Of a DNA stretch of 64,000 bases, positions 1-14,100 are shown piece by piece; position 1 is the first letter of the stretch; every line of letters begins with the position of its first letter. The notes under the pieces are model-generated. The model saw nothing but the letters and a program-made list of their open reading frames with translations. It did not search any database and had not been told where the DNA came from. The DNA is taken from contig NC_043003.1 of assembly GCF_006345805.1 (NCBI RefSeq), forward strand, positions 104,470,001-104,534,000, written 5' to 3'. Made by a program: the position numbers and the translations under genes. The stretch is from Octopus sinensis. Lineage: Eukaryota.

Positions 1-287
1 TTGTCCTGTTTTTACTATTATTGTTTTTTGTATTTTATATTCGCGTGGCATCGTCCGTTTTTCTGTCCCTGTTTTGTATACATTCGATCCTTTTTCCAAG
101 AAATCTAATGCTCGTAGCTTAGTTTTTCCTTGGGGCTGGCCAGATTGGAGCAATCTCAAGATTAATCAGCCGAAATTGCTAGGATGATCCGGTTCTTGAC
201 TGAAGATTGAAGGCTTCGAATGTTCCGTCCATGTTTTTTGTATCGTCTTCTAAATGTTTTACGTTCTTGTCCCAGTTTGTATTTTTC

Positions 288-289
<2 letters not shown>

Positions 290-346
<57 letters not shown>
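290..346. repeat. (TA)n microsatellite, Helitron insertion site
   Basis: Near-pure TA run; TA resumes after the Helitron pair at 3619. Confidence 0.95.
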
Positions 347-349
<3 letters not shown>

Positions 350-1735
350 TATTATAAAAGGCAGATTTTATCTGCCTCCCTTTGTCACTTATAGAAATCT
401 ACAATATAGGATTTCTTCAATTACAATTTACCTAGCATTTTTAAGAGTAGAATGCATCGGGTCATGCCAGGTCCAGTTTTTAAAATTTAAACTCCAATTA
501 AGCAAAATTTACAGAAAACTCACATTCTGGTGTGTATGTCAAATGCTTTTCTTAGTCTGGTTTACAGCACACGCAAATGCACACTTGTCACTTATAGAAA
601 TGTACAATATAGGATTTCTTCAATTACAATTTACCTAGCATTTTTAAGAGTAGAATGCATCGGGTCATGCCAGGTCCAGTTTTTAAAATTTAAACTCCAA
701 TTAAGCAAAATTTACAGAAAACTCTTAGTCTGGTTTACAGCACACGCAAACGCACACACACAGTGTGCAACGAATAAAGTGAAACTAATTCACTGTGTGT
801 GTGTTGACAGGTAGACAATAGAATGCGATGGCGATGTAATATTTGTTTCTGTCTATCACGCTGATAGATACATGAGTAAAATGTATGGCAAGCTAAGAGA
901 TAAGAGTGAGTGAAAATGTTCTTGGAAGAGAGTAAATAGCGACAGAGTGATTTGAGGAAGACTAAACTTAAAGTATGAAACAGTGTTTATGTATAAACAG
1001 ACGACACTTATATATAGTTATGTATGCATCCGTTTAACCCTTTCGTTACCAAACTGCCCGAATTTACCTATTCATATTTAAATGAGAATATCAGAGTAAA
1101 TCTCTTTAGTACATTCGTGAAAACACGTATTATACTTCGTAAACACTTCAAATACAGTTTTGTACAAAAATCGAAGTGTAATTTTAATTCCGTGAATTAT
1201 GGGAGATTTTTTTCCGAAATTTGTTCCTATTGTGTTTTCAAAATTTGTAATTCTGACAAAAAATGGATACGAATTTCATTATATCAAGCAGCGAGTCAGA
1301 ATTCGAAGGATTTTCTACTGAAGACCTTCATAAATCTAACTCTATGACTGAAAAAAAAAGCATCGTTATATAAGAGTGAAGTTGTGTGTCTGTCTCCTAC
1401 GATTTAGATTCGTAACTACTCCCACATTTTGCGGTGCAGTTTAACCAAAAGTGGGTATCTTATAGTTGTGATTCATATCGAGCCCTTCTGGGTATTAGCG
1501 CGCGTCTACGATTTAAAAAAAATTTACCATCATATTTTTCCATTTTAATGCATTTTTTTCGCTTTTATATAAGGGAAGTAACTCTCTAAAAATATCTACG
1601 ATGTGTCAACGATTTAAAAAAAAATTTACCTTAATTTTTTTTCAATTTTTAATGCATTTTTTGGCTATAACTCTCTAAAAATGCTTATATAGTTATTTCC
1701 CTTACAACCCGAGCAACGCCGGGCGATACTGCTAG
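347..1735 (+). mobile_element. Non-autonomous Helitron, unit 1
   Basis: 5' TC(TTATTATAAAAGG); 3' hairpin CCCGAGCAACGCCGGG followed by CTAG at 1732-1735; internal ~200-bp-period duplication (384-530 vs 586-732). Confidence 0.8.
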
Positions 1736-2184
1736 TCTTATTATAAAAGGCAGATTTTATCTGCCTCCCTTTGTCTCTTATAGAAATCTACAATATAGGA
1801 TTTCTTCAATTACAATTTACCTAGCATTTTTAAGAGTAGAATGCATCGGGTCATGCCAGGTCCAGTTTTTAAAATTTCAACCCCAATTAAGCAAAATTTA
1901 GAGAAAACTCACATTGTGGTGTCTAAGTCAAGTGCTTTTCTTAGTGTGGGCTAGAGCACACGCACACACACACACACACACAAAAACGGAGCGATCTGAT
2001 TCACTCATGCTATCACTCTAATTTCTATGACTTTCTCTTTGCAAGTGTGCAACGATTAAAGTGAAAGTAATTCACTTTTTGTAGTGAGTGACTCTTTCAC
2101 TCTGCATTCCCACTTCCTCTTTACACACATAGACACACAAATATATAAATAAAATTGTAAGCTAATGTGTGTGTGTGTGCGTGT

Positions 2185-2222
<38 letters not shown>

Positions 2223-3618
2223 GTGTGAGGGTGCGTGTGTGTGTGAGTGTGTGACAGGAAAGTTTTTTAGGACGAATATAAGACCTAAAGTATATCCAAG
2301 TAGCAGAAAGATCGCCCAAAAGTGTATATAGATATTTAAATGTATTTATATATTCATCTATACACAGATGTATGTATAATGTGTGTGTATATATTTCCAC
2401 AGAGGTAACCTTTCACTCCATACAAAGTTTTTTAGGACGAATATAAGATCTAAAGTATATACAAGTAGCAGAAAGATCGCCCAAAAGTGTATATAGATAT
2501 TTAAATGTATTTATATATTCATCTATACACAGATGTATGTATAATGTGTGTGTATATATTTCCATAGACGTAACCATTCACTCCGCACAAAGTTTTTTAG
2601 GACGAAAATAAGATCTAAAGTTATCTCTAAGTAGCACAAAGATCGCCCAAAAGTGTATATAGATATATAAATGTATTTATATATTCATCTATGCACACAT
2701 GTATGTATAACGTGTGTGTATATATTTCCATAGAGGTAACCATTCACTCCATACAAAGTTTTTTAGGACGAAAATATTTATATATAAAAGAAAGGTTGTG
2801 TGTCTGTCTACTCCGATTTAGATTCGTAACTACTCCCACATGCGATGCAGTTTAACCAAAACCGGGTATCTTATAGTCGTGATTCATATCGAGCCCTTCT
2901 GGGTATTAGCGCGCGTCTATGATGAGTCTACGATTTTACAAATAATTTACCATCATTTTTTTCCATTTTAATGCATATTTTTTTTAATAAAGGGAAGTAA
3001 CTCTCAAACTTCACACCAATATGCGTGCTCATATGCGACATAATATCACATCAGCAGCATTTCCTCACACCCTCCTTGCACTTGGTGAAGGCAAAATACC
3101 AGGGGATGAAAATGGTAATATTGCCATCGATTCCATTTGTACCATTGTTAAGACGCCTTCTGATCTCAGAGATGCAGTGTTCCCAGATCTACAAGCTAAT
3201 TATCAGAATATGGACTGGATTGGCAAAAAGGCTATACTGGCCCCGAGGAATAAAACTGTTCACCATATTAATGATGAAATGCTAAAACTCATTCCTGGGG
3301 AAGTCTATGTATATCAGTCTATCGATACAACTCCTGACCCACAGGACGTCATCAACTATCCAATAGAGGTACTCAATTCCTTTGAGCACCCCGGACTACC
3401 ACCACACTTTCTCAAACTTGAAGTTGGTGCCCCTATAATGCTCATCAGAAATTTGGTTCCCCCAAAACAATGCAATGGCACACGTTTGATCGTTAAGTCC
3501 TTATCTCCCACCGTAAGCTTATATGAATATTTGCCTGAATAATCATCATAATTCAGTGCAATTATTAACAGTACTTTCAAGCAATTCAGCCCCGAGCAAC
3601 GCCGGGCAATTCTGCTAG
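1736..3618 (+). mobile_element. Helitron unit 2 carrying a PIF1-type helicase fragment
   Basis: Same 5' TC end as unit 1; same 3' hairpin plus CTAG (3591-3618); ~165-bp tandem repeats at 2259-2775. Confidence 0.85.
3021..3542 (+). pseudogene. Helitron Rep-Hel helicase (PIF1 family) fragment
   Basis: AILAPRNKTVHHIN, YPIEVLNS..PGLPPHFLKLEVGAPIMLIRNL..CNGTRL motifs. Confidence 0.9.
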
Positions 3619-3697
3619 TATATATATATATATATATCTCAGTCAGTTGTTCATAAGTCTGAAAAAAAGCACGCACTAAAAATCTTTTGAGCAGTAG

Positions 3698-3920
3698 TAT
3701 TTAATGTAGTTTTGGTTATGGCCACCTGTCTGCACTTAGCAAAATAGGTGTCCTATCAAACCTGGCTGGAGGCACATAACCTCTCTACTACTGGAGACAG
3801 GAATATCTCCTGCAGAAGAGAGGTTATGTATGTCTCTGGCCAGTAGGTCTGATAGGTCGCTGATTTTGCAAAATCAATGGTAACTCCCTGACTGGCCATA
3901 ACCAACAACTACATTAAATA
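3698..3920. mobile_element. Fold-back MITE-like element
   Basis: ~27-bp TIRs TATTTAATGTAGTTTTGGTTATGGCCA / TGGCCATAACCAACAACTACATTAAATA, plus inner imperfect palindromic arms. Confidence 0.7.
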
Positions 3921-4945
3921 TATGTGTGCGTGTGTGTCCCACCCACAAGTAACAACACATTTTTCACCCACCATACCCTAAGAAGCCGAAATACATCTCT
4001 TTTAAACTGCATCTTTCTCTTCCTCACATTCCTATGATTGTTTTCCAATACCCTTTTTCTGCCCTCACTACTCTGCTCACTATATCACTGCTCCCCCACC
4101 CCCTATTTTACTACCCACGTTCTATGCTCAGATCCTTATTACTTGTGAGTACACACTAGCACTACACCATCTCTCTTCTACTCTCTCTTACACTTTTGCT
4201 GTTTCCTACTCTCCCCCTCTCTCTCTTTCTCTTTGGTCACTCTCTCCTCTTCTTTTTCTTCTGATTAGGTAACCAAGTATCTCCTTTACATTAGCACAAT
4301 TGTTTCTGGCCTCTTTCTTGTACCCCCCTCTCTCTCTCTCTCTCACTCTCTCTCTCTTTCACTGGGTAACCATGTACCTCCTCTATAGCAGGACACCTAT
4401 TTCTGCCTCTCTATTTCTCTGTCACACTAACCTTATATCATTTGATACTGGTTCACCTCCTCTAATGAACCCCTCTGTTGTGGCAAGACACCTGCTTCCG
4501 TCTCTCTGTCATCTTCAAAACTTTCATCCTCTGACACAAGTTCTCCCTCCTCAAATGCTCCTGCCCCTCTCATAATTCCTTGTCTTGCAAGTTGCTTGGT
4601 TACCCCGCCCCTGCTGGTGTCACATTAAAAGCATCCAGTCCACACTGTAATGCGGTTCACCTTTGGAAGGGCATCCAACTGTAAAAATCACACTAAAACT
4701 GCCAGTGTCACATAAAAAGCACCAAGTCTCCTCTGTGGAGTGGTTGGTGTTAAGAAGGGCATCCAGCCGTAAAATCCCTGCCAAAACAGACAGTAGCCTA
4801 GGGTAGTTTTTCTACCTGGCTGGCTCCTGTCAATCATCTTACCCATGCATGGAAGATGGACATTAAACGATGATGATGATATATTATTCACTTATATATT
4901 GAAATATTATTTTACCAAATAAAATATATAAATTTTTATACTTAC

Positions 4946-5107
4946 TACTGTCAAAAACTGGATTTGAAACAACAGAAGGCAATGAAATGGAAAATTTATT
5001 GTCTTCTTTGCTATAGAGGTATGCCTGGAAATTAAGTCTCACAACATTCAGTGACATATTCTTGCCTTGCTTTCTGGCTGATTCTTCAGCATCATTGATT
5101 TCATTCT
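4946..5107 (-). CDS. NFKB1: NF-kB exon: end of RHD N-terminal subdomain
   Basis: ttttctag acceptor, gtaagt donor; [54 protein letters not shown] (cf. p50 EMDLSVVRLMF...EPVVSDAIYDS). Confidence 0.94.
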
Positions 5108-8100
5108 CTAGAAAAGACAATAACAACAATGAAATAATAATAGTCCCTTCTATTATAGGCAAAAGGGATGAAAGTTTGGGGCAGGGAATTAGTTGATAAC
5201 ATCGACCCAGGACTGAACTGGTGCTCATTTCATTAATCTGAAAGGATGAAATGCAAAGTCAACCTCAGTGGAATTTGAACTCAAAAGGTAAAGATGGACG
5301 AAAAGCAGATAAACATTTCTCACAATTCTGTTAGCTCATAGCCATGATGATGATGATGACTATCATCATCATTTAAGGTCTGCTTTCCATGCTGGCATGG
5401 ATTGGATGGTTTGAGATGGAGCTAGATTGCAGGGAGCTGTCCAGACTCCAGCTGTCTATTGACGCAATGGCTTCTACATCTGGATGCCCTTCCTAACACC
5501 AACCACTTAACAAGTCCTCTAGAGCCAAAGCCCACGCTTCACCAACACGTAACATAGTTGTACATACACAGGCACCAAACAACCTACCTTTCACTCTAAG
5601 GGAGAGGCCCTTAGTTAACTACAAAGGTAGAAGCTCTCTGAACTTCGCCCCTAATAACTACACTTTCAGAACTCCCTTCCCCACTGCTAACTTGGTCTCC
5701 TAGGTAACAGAAGTTATCTACTATGTCTAATGATCTACATGAGCATTTCGGGGAGCCTACTGTAATAATAATAACTAGCAGGACTCGTGAATATTCCATG
5801 GAATTAATGGTAAACTTATTGGGTTATTTCTGAAAACATTATCCAAAAAACCTGAAAGTGTAGCCTGTGTTGTGTCTATATCAAAAGCTAGTTGCTCATC
5901 TGCTATTCACTGAAAAGTGAAGGAAATTGGAATACAATGATTACTTAATGCATTTTATATACACACTTTACATACTTTATGCACGGTTGTATAGACTTAA
6001 TACACAGTACACTCCCTCTTTTTGCTGGTGTCACATTAAAAGCATCCAGTCCACACTGTAATGCGGTTCACCTTTGGAAGGGCATCCAACTGTAAAAATC
6101 ACCAAAACTGCCAGTGTCACATAAAAAGCACAAAGTCTCCTCTGTGGAGTGGTTGGTGTTAAGAAGGGCATCCAGCTGTAAAATCCCTGCCAAAACAGAC
6201 ACAGTAGCCTGTCACTCTTCACCTTTACCTTTACCTTCTTCTAATCATGTGAAAGCATTACAGACAAGCTAAGTAATGGAGGAAACAAAAACTTCATTCA
6301 AATTATGTCTGATCTTTAGAATACTTCTGTATGTCTTCTCAAATCACAATCACAGGAAAAAACAAAGCTGATAAATATGCTCAAGTATTGCAAAATAAGT
6401 TTAATAACCAATAAGCATCAGCTTGGATTACACTTTACTCAACCAACACAGGAAGGTGGCCAATCAAACTGATTATGTAAACAGAATTCTGATTGGTTGA
6501 AAGTGTCTTCTTATCTCAAGCTCTGATTTTCTGCCTATCCCTGTCAGAATCTTTGATGCGGAGTATCAAAATTTTAATCCCTTTCACACTTATAAAATGT
6601 CGAGCAAACTTTAAAATTTGTCATTATCGTTTTGGCCAGGAGACCAAACTGACAGTTTGGTAACCCGCTAAAATAAACATTAAAAATCGAAAGGAGAAAA
6701 TAAACAGCTTCACAAGTTTAACCCAGTGTTTATTGAACAAGAGACACATGAAATTTAAGAAGCGACTTGTTAGAATATACACGTCTGTGAGGAAACATAA
6801 CCAAGAATCTACCATACCAAAAGAACTGGTAATACATACATTACAAGTGTTCTGTGAAGAGAACATAAGATTGCTGCATAATTCAACATGAATGCGAAAA
6901 GACATTAAACATCATATAAGGTAAATGAAGGTTTCTATAGGAATGGTAAGTCATATTCACTTAATGAGTTTACATGCCCAAGGATGAATTATGATTTTGT
7001 CATCAACATTAGATGCAGTAAGAGCTGGTGGCGGCGATGTTGGTGGTGATGAATTTCATTGTCCTGATGCAGAGAAAGCAAGCAATAGCTTCCAGGAGGC
7101 AAACACAAGCTAGAACTCTTAAGCAGAGAAAAACTGATCTATTTAAGGAAATTGCGGGGCTCCATTGTGATAGAAACTCCAAGCAATGTAAAATGTGGCC
7201 TGGACCGTGATTACCAGCATGAACATCAAACTTCAAAAAGTAGTTAACCATTTAATGATTTCAGTAAATTCATACAGAAAAAGTAAGCATGATAACCGTC
7301 CAACATAAATAAAAGTCAACTTCATTATACTTTTTCTGTAAAAACCTATTCTGACATTAAATGAGTCAACTTCCGGTATGAATGTTTATATTTGTATTTC
7401 ATTTTTCAACAAAAAAAAAATTCTGGAAACAATCCACTCATGTAATTTATGTACCTTCTAAAGTTTATTTTTGTTTTTGTGAAAAAAGTGCGTAAATTAC
7501 ATTTTACAGTAATTGTTCATGAACTGTCATGCATGAACTTGGAATATATCCACCTTGCAAATTCTGATTTCACATTTCAAGTACTTCTATTCTGGGCTCC
7601 AATTTATCATCACTTCTTTTTTCTTCTTGCACTAACATCATCAAAATGCAATATTTGTAAAATCTGTTGAAATCTTCCCCAGCTCATAATTTTGTTGAAT
7701 ACTGGGCGGCCATCTTCATGACTCCATAACTGTGTGATATTTTCATGTTTAGATTTATAAACACTTATAAGAAGAATCAGTCCAATGAATTTCTTTAGTT
7801 CAGAGTGATCAATTTCCCTTCCATTTATCGTTGTAAACAACCTGACCATCAACATTTGTCCATTTATCTTTGTAAACAACCTGACCATCAACATTTGTCC
7901 ATTTACAAATTACTTCAAGAAGATTCTGGCACATAAAGATAGTAAAACATGTTTCAATGCTATCACAAGACCTTTTAGCAAAATGGGATGGTCCACATTC
8001 TTGGCGCACAATATTGCAAGATGAAGTTCTTACTGCTACTTGAGTAAGAGGATTAGAATGCCAAACTTCTTGTTTGTCTCTAGAAACATATTGTTCATTC

Positions 8101-11100
8101 ATAACTGGGTGGCTTGTAGATAATTGTCTTTGAGTATCTTCATCTGATGACTCAGAACCTAAACTGTTCAGCACACAATCACTTTCACCATCATCTTCAG
8201 AGCAATAGAAGGAATCACTACTATCTTCTCATTTTTCATCTAATTCCAATAACCTTTTCAATATTTGGTCTTCATTCAAGTTTTCATGTCCATGCATATT
8301 GCAAACAACAACTGAAGTATATGAAACTTGATAGCAGACTAAAGGCAGATTTTGCTCTCACATATTTATACTGTCCTGAAAGATGATGCAATGTATTGTA
8401 AGAATTGCATCATCATAGAAATATTGCATCACCCTATAACCTAGCAGGTTGAAGGTGATGTATACCACACAAATTTACAGGAATAGTTTCATAACTTTGC
8501 CTATTTTATCTAAAATTCAGCAAATAAATTTAATACAATTTTATCTATTTTATATCTGATAAATATCTAGGAAATTTTGATACTGCTTTTACTCTATTTA
8601 GAATGTCAAGTGTATTGTCTGAATTTAATTCGAGAGACCAATGGACCCATACAGTAATGAATGTATAATGTGAAATTTGCTAGCTTTTATAAACATATAG
8701 AAATTTTCCCATTTGACATATAAAAGAGAGTCAAGAAAAAATGGGAGTCACAAGAACTGAAAAAACTGAAACTGCTCCATTGGACCCATTGATAGAAGGT
8801 TAAACAAGAGAAAGATGCTAAGGAAGAAAACAAGAAAAATAACACAAGGGAGATAACTAACGTTGCAGTAACCTAATGTCAAGCAAACATAAACAAGATA
8901 TTAATGATTTACTATATGGCTGGTGGCCTATTTTTAAATTCCATCAAGATGTATTTCTTAAAGTATGGACATATAGAAAAATTTTCATTCCTGGAATTTA
9001 TGTAGTTGTTGGAGGCTGCCAAGTTCTTAAAGAGATACAGTTCTTCAAGAGAATATACTGAAGATTTTTCGGCATCCTTGTCCATTCCCATTGTTGGACA
9101 TTATCTATTAAGTGGTACTTTAAGTTTTGGGAGTCTTCTACTCTCGGGTTCAAAATTCAAAACAATTCAAAATATTCTTCATGCTAGATTAAATGACATA
9201 TTGTTTTGGTGGGTTTGGGGTGTCATGAAATGTACAGTAAGTACTGCTTAAAATCTGTAAGTTTGCAGTTATTGTCTTTTTTTATGTTTATTTTCTTTGT
9301 TTTAGTTTTTTTTTTTGGTGGGGATTATAAAATATCCTTTTATTTTATTACATATATAACATGTATGAATATAATACATATCATACAAAACCACATTAAA
9401 ATACAAATCCAAAACTGAAGAAAATATAAACATGAGCAAAGAAAGAAGAAAAAAAGAAAAGGGGAAGGAAAAAGAGGGTGAAAGAGAAAAAGAAAAACGG
9501 AGGGAAAAGAGGAAGAAAAAAGAAGGAAAAAAGACATCAATTCAACACCAAGTATCTCAATTAGTCACACACCACATGGTTCACCGGAACCTACTGAAGC
9601 AAGCCAATATGCTCGCAGCATTACCACGGGCAACGGTAAGGCTAAGGTGTTGGAACAGCCAAGCACCCACCTGGATAGCAAAGATTGCTGACTGTGATGG
9701 TGCACCATTCTGAAATGTGTGGTATTATTTATGTTATTAATTAGGGTTCTAAAATCATTAAGCTTGTCAAGGCCGGGGTCCACAGAATAAGGCAGTCATC
9801 CAAGGAACACTTCCAATTTCCTAATAAATATTTATGGAAGTTGATACCATTATTTTAGTCTAGATTGTTCATTTTTCAACTATTTCATAACCCAATAATA
9901 CAACACAATCAACGTAGTACAAATTCTAAGTAACTACCACCCAATACTAAAACACAACTTATACAACCCAAATCTAAAACACAATTCACACAACACATAC
10001 GAAGCATTATCACTATCCAACAAAGTAACACAACTCACCTAATCCATGTGCTACACAAAGATGAAACACTAATGCAAGCAACACAAGAAACAACACAACA
10101 AACCTTAAGACCACACAAAACAGATGTAGCACAATTCAGGTACCAACATAATTCTACATTCCTAAAAAAAGACAAAGCTACACGCATCCAAAAAATATGG
10201 AGAGCTACCTTGTGGAACTGTAGAAACTCACAAAAAAAACTGTTGAAACTATAATAATAATAATGGTTTCAAATTTTGGCACGAGGCCAGTAGTTTTGGA
10301 GAAGGGGTAAATCGGTTACATCAACCCCCGTGATCAACTGGTACTTATTTTATCGACCCCAACAGGATGAAAGGCAAAGTCAGCCTTAGTGGAATTTGAA
10401 CTCAGAACATGAAGACATAAAAAGTGCTGCTAAGCATTTTGTTTGGTGTGCTAATGGTAACCATGATAATAATAACAATAACTGTTTCTCAATTAGGCAC
10501 AAATTAGTAACTTTCTTTTAATTTTATTCTTTTATTCGTTTCAGCCATGCAGCTGCAGTTATTATTATTTTTTTTAAGGGAAGCAGGTTAGTCAATTAAA
10601 TCAACCCAATACTTGAGTGGTGTTTTATTTTAACAATCCTAAAAGGATGAAAGGCAGCGGATCTTTTCGGTTTGAATGGCAGTTTTTAACATAATTTCTA
10701 GGTAACTAAAACATTTTAAACTTTGTATACTGGTAGAATGTGTTTATAAAACATCTTTTTCTCGTGGCTTTATTGAGAAAATTCTATAGTTTGTAAGATA
10801 TTTGTTGTTTTATTTCTTCAATTTCAACCAATCACTGATGTCTATTGAGGTAAAAAACATTGTGCTGTATGAATATGTCCCTCATTTAAGAAAAATATTG
10901 GGTTTATTTACATTTGTGAAGAAAAAAAGATACCCTTCTCCCCATCCCTAACCCTAAAACAGATTGAAAATAGATCGATACTAGGGTTATAATTATGGGT
11001 AACAATTTCATATGACACCGCTAGAAAAAACTGCCGTTCAAACCGAAAAGATTCAAGGCAGCTTTGGTGGTTCTGGTTTCAAATGCTGTCAGGTCAACTT

Positions 11101-14100
11101 TGCTTTGCATCCTTTCAACATTGATAAAATAAGTATTAATCATGTATCGGGAGTGATGGGATTGACAACACTTACCTTAAATCTTCTGGCCTAAATCAGA
11201 AACAATACACAATAATCATGAAAATAATACAGGCTTCAAATTTTGGCACAAGGCTAACAATTTTAGAAGAGGATAAGCCTTTTACATCAACCCCTGTACT
11301 TGACTGGTACTTTATTTTATCAATCGTAAAAGGATGAAAGGGAAAATTGATCTTGGAAGGAAAAGAGCTGGAAGAAATACTGCTCAGCATTTTGCCCTAT
11401 GCGCTAATGATTATGCCAGCTCACTACCTTAATAATAACAACAATAATCCTTTCTACTATAGGCACAAGGCCTGAAATTTTGGAGAAGCAGGTGGGGGTG
11501 GGGATTTAGTCAATTACATCAATACCAGTGTTCAACTGACCCCTATTTTATCAATTCCAAAAGAATGAAAGGCAAGGCAGACATCAGTCAGGTTTGAACT
11601 CAAGACTCAAAGCCCAAAGAAATATCAATAAGCATTTTGTCCAGCATGCTAACAATTCCGACAACTTGTTGCCTTAAATAGTAATAATAATAATAATAAA
11701 ATTATAATTACCATCAGCATTAATAGACGTGTCATTAACATTACCAGAATCAATACGTTTCTTAAGAATCATGGATTCTAAGATTCGTTCTCTCAGAATA
11801 TCGATAACTTTACGCTTTGTCACGTGCATCACACCAATGTTTTGCAACCTGCAGAGAGAAAAGAAGATAAATGAAAGTATGAAAAAAACAATTTTAAATA
11901 TGAAGAAGCACATTGGGTAGTAACTGTTACTTCCTTTTTGCTTACCCCAAGAAACTATGAAAAATGGCAAATACTTCCTTCAAACATTGCTTTCGTTACA
12001 TTTATTCAAACCATTTTGTTATTTTGTTACATTTATTCAAATGAAGATGTGTTAATTTTATTTTAATGTAATAAATATTTTTGTTGAAAATTAGTATTAT
12101 TTCACTATTTTGTACAAACCCCAAGAAGTTATGTAAAAGTTAAATCATAATTATTGTATGTATACTATATTTTCTGATTTTACTTATGCTGGTAAAAATA
12201 TACTTCCACAGTTAACCAAAATGAATTTTTTGCTCAAGCTGGCAAAAATCACTGGAGCATCAGACAAAATACCTTACAGTATTTGCTATGACTCTTTACA
12301 TTCTGAGTTCAAATCCCAGCAAGGTCAATTTAACCTTTCATCCCTCTGGGATCAACAAAATAAAATACCACTCAAGTACTGGAGTCAATGGTATTGACTA
12401 ATCCCATCTCCTCAGAATTGATGGTTTTGTTCCCAAATCAAAAACTATTACTACGTTGCTATTTGAAATGTAAATCAACACAAAATTTTGATGGAAAATT
12501 TCATTCAGACCACTTTAAAACATGAAATTTTACATCATAGAACCAGGGGTAGTTTTAGAAAAATTGGTACTACTTAACCCTTTCCCCTGTGAAATTAAAT
12601 TTCATGGTTATTCCAGTAACGATGCTAAATATCTACCAAAAATACAACTGGTATTTTTTGCAAGTCATGCTGCTTCAATAAACTTGAAATATTTCAACAA
12701 AAAATAGTTTCAAACATAACAATCTGCAACAAAGACTGATACATAAAACTGCTTCCCACAATAAGAGGGTTTTTATTGTTTAAAAGGGTTTATTGCTGCT
12801 GTTTATCAGATACTGGTTATGACAATACATGTATGCCTGTTTTGTTTTCATAAGTTTTGCATCAAAATATACCACCAAACCTTAGTCGCAATTTATATTC
12901 CTAATACTAGCTGAATGATAACTGAGTTATTTTACTAAATTCTTTGTTATATTTAAAATAATTGAAAGACACACAGAGCATCCCAAAATAAATACAGTAA
13001 CGAAAGGGTTAACATAGTTCTAGGTAAATAATTCTTCAGATGGCAGGATGATCAAGGTTAGAATACTTATAAGTCTAACTATTCCAGTCTGATCTGAAGT
13101 AAAACAATGTGTTAGTGAGACAATGGCTCAGATATGAATAGCTTACTTGCAGGTAGGATTGTTAGTACTTGGGACTTCAATTGTGCAAATACCCTTGCTG
13201 CAGTTTTTACCAACAAGTTCGTGAGCATGTAAATAGGGTTCAGGATCATCAGTGACCAAACTGACGACAAAAAGAGCTGGTCCTTTATAATTCAAGATCT
13301 AAAACAGAATACAAAAACAAAAAAAAAAGACATTTTAATTGTGCCATCGTTAGTGTCTGTATCAAATGGTTATCAAGTTGACAATATCAATGGAAACAAT
13401 GATAATGACAGCTTCAATGAGGACTGCAATGATAATGGTAACAATGTTGACAATGGCACTAATGAAAACTGTAATATTGAAAATGGCAAACATTGGAATG
13501 CAAATGTTCAATTCTGTTTCACTCTATTGCACTCATTATAATTCATCATCATCATCATTTAACGTCCGCTTTCCATGCTAGCATGGGTTGGACTATTTGA
13601 CTGAGGGCTGGTGAACCAGATGGCTGCACCAGGCTCCAATCTTGATTTGGCAGAGTTTCTACAGCTGGATGCCCTTCCTAACACCAACCACTCCGAGAGT
13701 GTAGTGGGTGCTTTTTACGTGCTACCGGCATGGGGGTCAGTCAGGTAGTACTGGCAACGAACTCACTCGAATCTTTTTACACATGCCACCAGCACAGGTG
13801 CCTGTAAGGCGACGTTGGTAACGATCACGCTCGAATGGTGCCCTTTTACATGCCACCGGCACAGAAGCTCTGGCAATGATCACGCTCGGATGGTGCTCTT
13901 GGCACCCTACTAGCACGGGGCACGAGTGCCAGTAAGGCGACGCTGGTAACAATCACACTCAAATGGTGCCTTTTATATGATTGTTATTCATTTAATGGCA
14001 TGGTATAGTAAAGTCAAGAGATCCAAATGTTCAATTCTGTTTACTCTTGCTGTAAATATAAAAAATTCCATCTCTTCATTTGTTTTGTTTTTTTACTTGC

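Noticed and set aside
145-235. CTGAAGA..GAAT and CTCAAGA..GAAA hammerhead-like strings
   Set aside because: Core nucleotides are wrong and stems I and III could not be assembled convincingly; probably a retroelement tail cut by the window edge.
2259-2775. CRISPR-like periodicity
   Set aside because: The units are contiguous 165-bp repeats with no unique spacers, in eukaryotic DNA with no cas genes.
3021-3542. Host PIF1 helicase gene
   Set aside because: It is a partial domain enclosed by Helitron termini and has no exon structure.
1-4945. Next NF-kB exon (IPT/dimerisation domain, expected to begin K-x-P...L-K-I)
   Set aside because: No matching minus-strand exon was found; the region is almost all repeats, so the exon probably lies outside the window.
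7610-8174. Domesticated PGBD gene
   Set aside because: Frameshifts, stops and loss of most of the catalytic domain indicate a fossil.
9432-9713. Lys/Glu/Arg-rich ORF
   Set aside because: It comes from a purine-rich low-complexity tract; no domain or splice support.
13341-13581. Asn-rich and Met-rich ORFs next to an NF-kB exon
   Set aside because: Degenerate (AAT/GAT)n repeat on the strand opposite the gene.
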